From NCBI RefSeq assembly GCF_003044035.1, contig NZ_NVQC01000013.1, positions 30,001 through 62,000 on the forward strand: a stretch of 32,000 nucleotides of DNA, written 5' to 3'. Numbering within the stretch: the stretch's first letter is position 1; each line of letters begins with the position of its first letter. A program made the position numbers and the translations under genes. The notes under the pieces are model-generated. The model worked only from the letters and a program-made list of their open reading frames with translations, did no database searches and was not told the DNA's origin. The DNA is from Candidatus Methylomirabilis limnetica. Lineage in GTDB: Bacteria; Methylomirabilota; Methylomirabilia; Methylomirabilales; Methylomirabilaceae. Of this stretch, positions 6,333-12,915 are shown one piece after another.

Positions 6333-6600
6333 AATGTTCGTCTCATGGCGATCCCCTGTGGGCATCCCTTCCGGATATGATCAGGGCCAAAGGGCAGAAG
6401 ACCAATGATAAAGTCAACGTAACTGCTCAGGTAGATAGACTGTAGTCTTTTAGACTGTAGGAACGAGCTAGGCGTTTGCCGAATGTGACGCGAATCAATG
6501 ATGGAGACCGAAAAGGTTCTGGGCGCCTTGATTCGGTCCATGCGCAACGACTAACAGCCTTCAGTCTACAGCCTAAACACCTGAGTAGTTACAAGTCAAA

Positions 6601-6945
6601 ATGACAACGATCATTGAGCAGAGACGGACGCAACTAAAAGAAGCTCTTGAAAAAGCGATCCAAGTCCTGAGGGAGGAATATCATCCCCTCCGGATTATTG
6701 TTTTTGGATCGCTGGCGACGGACAAGGTCGGTGAGACCAGCGATTTAGATCTTCTGATCGTGAAGGAAACCTCCTTGCCTTTTTACGAGCGACTTCGTGA
6801 GGTGGCTCTGCTCTGTCCCTTGAAGGTTGGAGCGGACATTTTGGTTTACACCCCTGCCGAAGTTGAGCAGGCATCCCGGGATAGCCAGTTTTTTAGAGAA
6901 GAAGTCTTGGGAAAGGGTCGGGAGGTTTATCGTGCGCCCGTATGA
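6601..6945 (+). CDS. minimal nucleotidyltransferase (MNT)
   Basis: LRIIVFGSLATDKVGETSDLDLLIVKE ... ADILVYTPAEVE. Confidence 0.85.
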   Translation: MTTIIEQRRTQLKEALEKAIQVLREEYHPLRIIVFGSLATDKVGETSDLDLLIVKETSLPFYERLREVALLCPLKVGADILVYTPAEVEQASRDSQFFREEVLGKGREVYRAPV

Positions 6946-7081
6946 GCGGTGGCTGAACCAGGCATGGGATGATCTTCAATTTGCTCGCCTTGGTCTGGAA
7001 CAGGGGTTTCATGCACAGGCATGTTTTCTTTCCCAGCAGGTCATCGAAAAATGTCTGAAAGGGTGCCTGAGGTCAACCTGA
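6932..7081 (+). pseudogene. classical HEPN-domain gene truncated after about 49 codons
   Basis: GTG 6932 (overlaps the MNT stop) gives VRPYERWLNQAWDDLQFARLGLEQGFHAQACFLSQQVIEKCLKGCLRST*. This is the first helix pair of a PF05168-type HEPN protein; the remainder is missing. Confidence 0.6.
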
Positions 7082-7086
7082 GTCAA

Positions 7087-7575
7087 ATGGATACCGCTGT
7101 TAAAGAATTAGAGAAGAGGCTTCTAGCCGAAATTAAAGCCCTGTACGGCAAGAGGCTTGTGTCAGTGGTTGTGTTCGGCTCGGCTGGACAGGGAACACAA
7201 AGGTGTGACTCAGACCTGGACGTGTTGGTTGGTGCCGATCGACTCCCAAGGGGAAGAATGAAGCGTGTCGAAGAGTTTTCAATCGTGGAGAACCGGATTG
7301 AGCCTTTCTTGAAATCTCTTCAACAAGCGGGAATTGCCACCGATCTCTCTCCCGTGATCAAAAGCCCTGAGGAGGCGGAGAAAGGGAGTCCGCTGTTCCT
7401 CGACATGGTGGAGGATGCCCGCATTCTTGTGGATCGAAACGGGTTTTTCAAGGCGGTTCTGAAACGTCTTCGATGCCGGTTGGAGAAACTGGGCGCGAGG
7501 AGAATCTGGATGGGAAACGCATGGTACTGGGACCTCAAGCCGGACTATAAGCCCGGAGAATGCTTCGAGTTATGA
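7087..7575 (+). CDS. nucleotidyltransferase-domain protein with C-terminal extension
   Basis: LVSVVVFGSAGQGTQRCDSDLDVLVGAD signature. ATG 7087 preferred (alternatives 7051 and 7021 lie inside the truncated HEPN ORF). Confidence 0.8.
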   Translation: MDTAVKELEKRLLAEIKALYGKRLVSVVVFGSAGQGTQRCDSDLDVLVGADRLPRGRMKRVEEFSIVENRIEPFLKSLQQAGIATDLSPVIKSPEEAEKGSPLFLDMVEDARILVDRNGFFKAVLKRLRCRLEKLGARRIWMGNAWYWDLKPDYKPGECFEL

Positions 7576-7922
7576 CGAACGAAGACCTGGCCCAAAGTTA
7601 TCTTCGAAAGTCCATGGTTCGGCTTGATGTCCTCGATCTGTTTTTCAAAAAGCAGGATTACTCCGATGTGATCCGAGAGGCGCAGAAGATTGTAGAATTG
7701 TGTCTTAAAGGGGTGCTCCGTTATGTTGGTATTGAACTGCCGAAATTTCATGACGTCGGATTCCTTCTGCTTGAACATCACTGGCGGTGTAAGGGAATCG
7801 CCCTCAGAGATATTAAAAAGATGGCCGATATTTCCAAGCGGTTGAGGAAAGAGAGGGAGCTGGTTTTCTACGGGGATATTGATTTCATCCCAACCGATCA
7901 ATCAGAGGTAAAGGCGAGGTGA
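7572..7922 (+). CDS. classical HEPN-domain protein
   Basis: ATGA overlap with the upstream stop. YSDVIREAQKIVELCLKGVLRYVGIELPKFHDVG ... RKERELVFYGD. Confidence 0.8.
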   Translation: MTNEDLAQSYLRKSMVRLDVLDLFFKKQDYSDVIREAQKIVELCLKGVLRYVGIELPKFHDVGFLLLEHHWRCKGIALRDIKKMADISKRLRKERELVFYGDIDFIPTDQSEVKAR

Positions 7923-8341
7923 GCTTGAGCACAATCTACACGCTCGATCACGACGAACGGTCACGCATCATGGATCAGTTCGTGTCCGAACTGGCATCAG
8001 AACCGGGGATGGCCTTTGCGTACCTCTATGGGTCGTTTGTGGATTCCGAGGCGTTCCGGGATGTGGATGTTGGGGTGTATATGCGTTCCATGGCGCCGGG
8101 CGAGATGACCACGCGCGCTATGGCGCTCGCCCAGTGCCTCAGTACGAAGGTGCGGCTTCCCGTGGATGTCCGCGTGCTGAACGCCGCCCCTATTCCATTC
8201 CTCTACCACGTTCTACGGGGACACCTTCTCTTGAGTCACGATGACGATCTCCTCACCGAGGTGATTGAGCGGACCGCTTGCCGCTATCTTGACATCGCCT
8301 CGCTATTGCGCTCGAGTGCGCGGGAGGCGTTTGCGGCATGA
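7919..8341 (+). CDS. mntA: MntA-type nucleotidyltransferase antitoxin
   Basis: GTGA overlap with the upstream stop. FAYLYGSFVDSEAFRDVDVGVYM ... VDVRVLNAAP. Followed by an ATGA-coupled DUF86 gene. Confidence 0.85.
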   Translation: MSLSTIYTLDHDERSRIMDQFVSELASEPGMAFAYLYGSFVDSEAFRDVDVGVYMRSMAPGEMTTRAMALAQCLSTKVRLPVDVRVLNAAPIPFLYHVLRGHLLLSHDDDLLTEVIERTACRYLDIASLLRSSAREAFAA

Positions 8342-8754
8342 CGCTGAACGCTGATCTCGTCCGGGCCCGCTGTGCCGAGATCGAGGAATCGGTGAGCCGT
8401 TTGGAGCGGTTCAAGACCCTCCCTCGTGACGCATTTCTGGGAGATCAGGACACCCTTGATCTGGCGTGCTACCGGCTCTTGGTGGCGATGGAGGCGGCAT
8501 TGGCCCTCTGCTACCACGTCTCGGCCAAACGCCTCCGAAAGGTCCCAGAGGACTATGCCCAATGTTTCGGGATACTGCAGGAGGCGGCTATCATTCCCTC
8601 AGAACTTGCCGCTCGCCTTCAGTGGATGGCAAGGTTTCGGAATCTGCTCGTGCACATGTACTGGAAGGTCGACTATGGGGTGGTCTACGACGTGATCCGG
8701 GATAATCTGGAGGATTTGCGCGCCCTTAGCGCGGCGGTTGCTCGTCTCATCTGA
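8338..8754 (+). CDS. hepT: HepT-type (DUF86) HEPN toxin; the only full-length DUF86 gene in the window
   Basis: MARFRNLLVHMYWKVDYGVVYDVI (R-x4-H-x-Y). 138 aa. ATGA overlap with mntA. Confidence 0.9.
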   Translation: MTLNADLVRARCAEIEESVSRLERFKTLPRDAFLGDQDTLDLACYRLLVAMEAALALCYHVSAKRLRKVPEDYAQCFGILQEAAIIPSELAARLQWMARFRNLLVHMYWKVDYGVVYDVIRDNLEDLRALSAAVARLI

Positions 8755-8786
8755 AACGATGAGGTGAAGGATCGGGCAAGGATGGA

Positions 8787-8880
8787 ATGTCCGCGAATCT
8801 CAACACAAGAATCCTGGTGACCGGTGGGGCAGGGTTTCTCGGCTCGTATGTCGTCGAGCGGCTCCGCGCCGGAGGATACA
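8787..8880 (+). pseudogene. SDR-family NAD-dependent sugar epimerase/reductase, 5' stub (fcl-like)
   Basis: [31 protein letters not shown] parallels [31 protein letters not shown] of the intact gene at 27192. Similarity is lost after about 30 codons. Confidence 0.6.
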
Positions 8881-9100
8881 CGGAGACCTTACAGAACGAT
8901 CGAGTGGCACCGACAGACCCAGGTGTGATCCCGGGCAAGGCGCCATGGACCGGAGGAGGCATGAGGGGTAGTGGTGCATCTGTTCCGGGGGTCCTCTCCG
9001 CGTTTGACAGTGCGGACACAGGCATATATCATCCACGCTCGATTCGCAGTGTGAGCGGTCAGGCCTGTGGTAGCGGAATCGGGCTCCCCGAGAGGAGCAG

Positions 9101-9180
9101 GTGGAGACAACAGACCGAATAGGCAGCGCCAAGGCCGCCTACGGGGCGGCGCGGGGGAGGCGGTGCGCATTGGTGCACGC
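9101..9180 (+). pseudogene. deletion remnant: NTase 5' end joined to HEPN 3' end
   Basis: 9101-9152 matches the first ~50 nt of the NTase gene at 14759 (GGAGACAAC-GACCGAAT...GCCTACG-GGCG). 9150-9170 matches GCGGGGGAGGCGGTGCGC at 15441-15458 near the 3' end of the HEPN gene. Confidence 0.55.
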
Positions 9181-9249
9181 TGGGCGGGAGCGCTCCCGCC
9201 AGTTTTCCTGGGAGCGTACGGTGGAATCGCATCAGAAGAGCGGTAAGGA

Positions 9250-9567
9250 ATGGATGTAGGAACCATACACCGATTAGTTGCCGAGGGAAGGTATGAGTTT
9301 TCAAAGCATGCCGAGAGGGAACGAGAGGCCGATATGATCTCTACCACCGAGCTGGAAGAGGCTCTGAAGCGTTGCGACATCATCGAGAATTATCCGGATG
9401 ACCCTCGATGGCCGAGCTGTCTGGTTCTCGGATTTTCAGGTCAAAGACCTATCCATGCTGTGTGTAGCGTGAAACGAGATCCTGAGGAGCTTTTCCTCAT
9501 CACGGTGTATGATCCTTCCAAGCGGCCAGAGCACTGGATGGACCGTTACAAGCGGAGAAGGAGGTGA
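9250..9567 (+). CDS. DUF4258-domain protein (putative toxin)
   Basis: YEFSKHAEREREADMISTTELEEALKRCDIIENYPDDPRWPSCLVLGFSGQRPIHAVCSV...LFLITVYDP matches the DUF4258 pattern as I recall it. Confidence 0.75.
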   Translation: MDVGTIHRLVAEGRYEFSKHAEREREADMISTTELEEALKRCDIIENYPDDPRWPSCLVLGFSGQRPIHAVCSVKRDPEELFLITVYDPSKRPEHWMDRYKRRRR

Positions 9568-9571
9568 TTCT

Positions 9572-9820
9572 GTGACCAGGGTGTATCATCGGTGCCACTT
9601 CTGTGGAGGGGAGGTGGTCGAGCAACGAGTGACCGTGGATTATCGCTGGGGGGACACGTTCTTGGTGGTCATTCGCCATGTGCCGGCTGGGGTCTGCCAG
9701 GTATGTGGGGAGCAGTATTTGAAGGCCGAAGTGGTCAAAGAGATGGAAAAGGTGGCCCATTCTCAAGAGGAGGCAAAAGAAGTCCTTCGAATCCCTGTCA
9801 GGGAGCTGAAAGTAGCTTAG
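9572..9820 (+). CDS. YgiT-type (MqsA N-terminal-like) zinc-finger protein, putative antitoxin
   Basis: GTG 9572 with GGAGAAGGAGG upstream. C-x2-C ... C-x2-C: HRCHFCGGEVVEQRVTVDY...VPAGVCQVCGEQYL. No HTH domain is appended. Confidence 0.75.
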   Translation: MTRVYHRCHFCGGEVVEQRVTVDYRWGDTFLVVIRHVPAGVCQVCGEQYLKAEVVKEMEKVAHSQEEAKEVLRIPVRELKVA

Positions 9821-9969
9821 GGTTCGATCCTACAGGCAAGGCGGTGAGGCTGGTCGAGATCATGGGGGATGACCATGTGAGCGAAGAATGGCTGGGAGAA
9901 TAAGCCTAGTTGGCGTCCTGACCCAGACCTACCAGTGGGTCGAGCGAATTTGCAAGGACGGAGCGCCGG

Positions 9970-10120
9970 ATGGAGACCATGGACCAGATAGGCAGCGCCA
10001 AGGCCACCTACGGGGCCTTGCGAGAGTCCTCGGGGAAGGAATTTTGTGGAGCTGAAGCAGTCTGGAAGGCAGCTCAGCGGTACTTGCAAGAGATGGAGGG
10101 GGTACGTGATCGCTAAAAGG
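9970..10120 (+). pseudogene. chimeric remnant: NTase 5' fragment + HI0074-type HEPN internal fragment
   Basis: 9970-10033 resembles the 5' end of the gene at 14759. 10046-10120 resembles 5510-5585 of the HI0074-type gene (AVWKAAQRYLQEMEG vs AAWKAAQRYLQEVEG), followed by a stop. Confidence 0.55.
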
Positions 10121-10161
10121 TGCCGCTCGATCCTACTTCCAGACCAAGAGGGTTCGCCGCA

Positions 10162-10583
10162 ATGATTCATAAGACTTCGCTCCCCAAAGATAGTGAGGAG
10201 CGGCTACGCTCCCTTGGCCCAGCGTTACAACAATGCTCTGGTGTCCTCTTCGCCTACCTGTTTGGCGGGGCGACGGTTTCACCCCTCAAGCCCCTGAGCG
10301 ATGTGGATGTGGCTGTTACCTTGATGACCCTGTCGATCTGGTCGAGGGGCGTCTGGAGGCCATCGGCGTAGTAACCACGCACCTGCATACCGACGAGGTA
10401 GACGTGGTAGTCCTCAATACGGCGCCGACGGCCTTGACGGGACGGATCCTTCAGACCCGACGGGTCATCTTCGACCGCGATCCGTTCCGCCGACACCTCT
10501 TCGAGTCACTTGCGCTCCGAGAGTTCTTCGACTTCCGCATCTTCGAACATCGCCTCCTGGCCAGGAGGCACGGCAATGGTTGA
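10162..10583 (+). pseudogene. MNT nucleotidyltransferase with a -1 frameshift
   Basis: Frame A gives VLFAYLFGGATVSPLKPLSDVDVAV. The sequence continues in frame B as YLDDPVDLVEGRLEAIGVVTTHLHTDEVDVVVLNTAP.... The junction at about 10317-10320 (GCT GT|T ACC) looks like a 1-nt loss, unless it is a sequencing error. Confidence 0.7.
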
Positions 10584-11294
10584 CAGGGACCTCCTCCTCC
10601 GGAAACTAGCGGATCTTGACCAGTATCTGGGCCAAGTATCAGAGTACCGGGACATCACCATCGACCAGTATCGAGGAGACTGGAAGACCCAGCGTATTGT
10701 CGAGCGGACTCTCCAAATGACCATCGAGCTGTGCGTGGACATTGCCAACCATATCATCGCCGACCGGGGACTCCGGGTCCCGGCAACCTATTCTGGGTTC
10801 TTCCGGCATTAGCGTGGGTACGAGGGAGCTCAATATCCCTTCTGGGGAAGAGGGTGGCTGTGTTCCTCCCCCTCGAGGGGGGAGGATGAAGGTGGGGGTG
10901 ATCGGAGGCTTTCGGAGCGTCACCCATAGCGTCTCTTGGGCTGTGTGGGCGTGTGCGTGTCACCCGCTGACATCGTGCATGGCATGCGCCCTCCCACCCG
11001 CGCCCTCCCCCCGGATCGAGTCCGGGGCAGGCTCTCGGTGGGGGGAGGGGATGCTGGAAGGCCCGGGTACCCACGGAACACCCGGAAGAACCCTATTCCG
11101 AGGCGTTTGACGTCCTGGGCGAGGCCGGACTCCTGGACGCAGCTCGGCGAGATGCCATGATCCGCATGAGCAAGTTCCGTAATGTGATCGTCCACGACTA
11201 TGTGCGGGTAGACCCCACGATTGTCGTGCAGATCCTGCGTGAGCATCTCGAAGACTTGACCCGGTTCAAGGTGGCCGCGCTGAAGTGGATATAG
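10576..11294 (+). pseudogene. DUF86/HepT-type HEPN gene split by a ~300-bp MITE
   Basis: The 5' part is MVDRDLLLRKLADLDQYLG...IADRGLRVPATYS. The 3' part (11094-11294) is YSEAFDVLGEAGLLDAARRDAMIRMSKFRNVIVHDYVRVD...KWI*. Removing 10794-11098 restores one 137-codon frame. Confidence 0.8.
10794..11093. mobile_element. MITE-like insertion with perfect 12-bp TIRs and a TATTC target duplication
   Basis: GGGTTCTTCCGG (10795-10806) and CCGGAAGAACCC (11082-11093) are exact reverse complements. TATTC occurs at 10789-10793 and 11094-11098. No credible ORF inside. Contains a CCTCCCCCTCGAGGGGGGAGG hairpin. Confidence 0.75.
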
Positions 11295-11440
11295 CGTGCG
11301 TACGACTACTCTGCCAGGAGGCATGGTAAGAGATGGAGATGAGCGTAGCGTCCCGACGTCGGTTGTTATTGGACATGGCCCGCAGGCGGGCGCAACCGGG
11401 AACCGGCAGCTCCAGACTCTTCCTGGAAGCTCGAACGGCT

Positions 11441-11953
11441 ATGACGTACTGGCCTGATCTTACGCCGACGCTCACCGGCATCCCATGGGCCGTGGTGGGG
11501 GCCGTTGCTACCCGAGCCTACATGCCTGAGCGCACCACTCAGGACCTGGACATCCTGGTGAATGTGTCGGATCAGGAAGAGGTGAGAGTACGCCTGCAAC
11601 GGGCCGGCTTTCTTCCGGTGCAAGAGCTTGCCATCGGGGGTATGACCTGGCGCTCCCCTATGGGGGCCATAGTAGATGTCATTGAGTCTCGGGCGGAGTG
11701 GGTGTCGGAAGCGCTCCAGTCGCTGAGACAGGACCGCCAGGGACTTCCCGTGCTTGACCTGCCGTATCTCGTCCTGATGAAGGTTGAGGCGGGACGCGCG
11801 CAGGATCTGGCGGATGCGGCACGCATGCTTGGGGCAGCATCGGAGGCTCGCCATCAGGAGACCTGTGAGCTCTTTCGCCGCTATCTACCCGACGCACAGG
11901 ACGACCTGGAGAGTCTTATCGCCTTGGGTCGCCTGGAGATGGGGAATGAGTAA
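11441..11953 (+). CDS. solitary nucleotidyltransferase-fold protein (DUF6036/AbiEii-like)
   Basis: WAVVGAVATRAYMPERTTQDLDILV and LPYLVLMKVEAGRAQDLADAARM resemble standalone NTase-fold proteins. ATG 11441 preferred over the Arg-rich extension from 11333. Confidence 0.5.
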   Translation: MTYWPDLTPTLTGIPWAVVGAVATRAYMPERTTQDLDILVNVSDQEEVRVRLQRAGFLPVQELAIGGMTWRSPMGAIVDVIESRAEWVSEALQSLRQDRQGLPVLDLPYLVLMKVEAGRAQDLADAARMLGAASEARHQETCELFRRYLPDAQDDLESLIALGRLEMGNE

Positions 11954-12010
11954 TGTTTTTAGAACGATCGGGTGGTATAGGAAGACTCAACCTTTGGCTG
12001 AGAGGCAATC

Positions 12011-12083
12011 TTATTACTCAGAGCATAAAATAGCTTGCCCCCCTTTAGCAAAGGGGGGTAAGGGGGGTTTTGAACGATCGGTA
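12011..12083. repeat. 73-bp dispersed repeat (second copy at 16343-16415)
   Basis: TTATTACTCAGAGCATAAAATAGCTTGCCCCCCTTTAGCAAAGGGGGGTAAGGGGGGTTTTGAACGATCGGTA is nearly identical at both sites. Confidence 0.85.
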
Positions 12084-12090
12084 CAAATCA

Positions 12091-12168
12091 CCTCTTTCCC
12101 CCTTTCGAAAGGGGGATGAAGGGGGTTTGTTGCTTTGGTAGATGTAAATGTTAATTGTTGACGCCTCC
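12091..12168 (+). mobile_element. 133-bp MITE family, partial copy B (right ~78 bp)
   Basis: Matches 25970-26047 almost exactly (CCTCTTTCCCCCTTTCGAAAGGGGGATGAAGGGGGTTTGTTGCTTTGGTAGATGTAAATGTTAATTGTTGACGCCTCC). The left third is missing. Confidence 0.75.
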
Positions 12169-12383
12169 TAAACGACGCATCACTGGCCTTTCGTTACCAC
12201 GCCATGACGGGACAACCTCCGCTTTCTTCTCTTCGCTCGCCGGTATCTCCGTGAGGTGCTGAGTGCGTGAGATCGACTTGGAGCGGCTCAGGGAACTGGC
12301 GGGGCAACTGCGAAGCGCGGTGCGGGAGCTTACGGCGACCAGTACCTGGCCGCCATCGGCCATCACGTGAAGGCTCATCTCTT

Positions 12384-12510
12384 TTGAATCCACTGGGGGT
12401 TCATTCCCCTCGGCGTGCCGCGAGTTCGTCATACCGGCGGACCCCGGATCAGAGTCCGGGGCAGGCGCCGGTATCCAGAGGGCCCGACTGGATTCCCCCG
12501 TATCAAGCGG
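12384..12510 (+). repeat. REP/MITE-like repeat family 2, copy 1
   Basis: TTGAATCCACTGGGGGTTCATTCC...GCCGCGAGTTCGTCATACCGGCGG...GGTATCCAGAGGGCCCGACTGGATTCC is shared with 16043-16228 and 26938-27095. It generates the recurrent artefactual ORF start MPRVRHTGG. Confidence 0.8.
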
Positions 12511-12583
12511 AACACCTGGGTTTTATTGATCGGGATAAATCTGGCGATACCAGAGTGCTTTCGCCGGGAGGCAGCATGTGCGC

Positions 12584-12612
12584 TTGACATTCACAGGCGT
12601 GACAGATAAAAT
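12584..12612 (+). promoter_or_regulatory. near-consensus sigma70 promoter for vapBC
   Basis: TTGACA (12584-12589), 17-nt spacer, TAAAAT (12607-12612). Lies at the edge of a conspicuously AT-rich 80-bp stretch just upstream of the ATG at 12664. Confidence 0.5.
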
Positions 12613-12663
12613 TCATTATGTATGTCAAATAGATAAAGTATCGACGAATAGGTAAATAATCTG

Positions 12664-12915
12664 ATGCTTATCATTAAAGTAGGACGTCGAGGACAGATTA
12701 CAGTCCCTAAAGCGATCCGCCGATGGCTCAACCTCCAGGAGGGCGATCGGCTGGCCTTCGTCCGTCGGGGCGACGAGGTCATTCTGCAGCCCCTCACCCG
12801 CACGTTGTTGGACCTGCGGGGAAGTGTCCCTGTATCAGGACCTCAGGATTTCGCCGCCATTCGCCAGCAGGTGATCGATCGCCACGCTCGCCAGGTCATC
12901 GAGAATGACGCCTGA
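12664..12915 (+). CDS. vapB: AbrB/MazE/SpoVT-family antitoxin
   Basis: MLIIKVGRRGQITVPKAIRRWLNLQEGDRLAFVRRGDEVILQP is a looped-hinge-helix (AbrB-type) motif. Overlaps the PIN gene by 11 nt. Confidence 0.85.
   Translation: MLIIKVGRRGQITVPKAIRRWLNLQEGDRLAFVRRGDEVILQPLTRTLLDLRGSVPVSGPQDFAAIRQQVIDRHARQVIENDA

Noticed and set aside
6329-6547. 72-aa minus-strand ORF in the spacer before the six-gene TA array
   Set aside because: No motifs and no ribosome-binding site. It covers the TAGACTGTAG repeat region, which is more plausibly regulatory or non-coding.
10920-11324. 134-aa minus-strand ORF spanning the MITE and the DUF86 3' half
   Set aside because: It is antisense to a recognisable DUF86 C-terminus (FRNVIVHDY) and runs through non-coding MITE sequence. 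No motifs.
12170-12383. Possible NTase 5' remnant (…IDLERLRELAGQLRSAVRE / AYGDQYLAAIGHH in two frames) between MITE copy B and repeat family 2
   Set aside because: It needs a frameshift, lacks the G-S...D-x-D signature, and the similarity to NTase N-termini is too generic to support a call.
12415-12609. ORFs beginning MPRVRHTGG (also 16074-16307 and 26969-27199)
   Set aside because: All three are translations of the same repeat family 2 and diverge as soon as the repeat ends, so they are repeat artefacts rather than a gene family.
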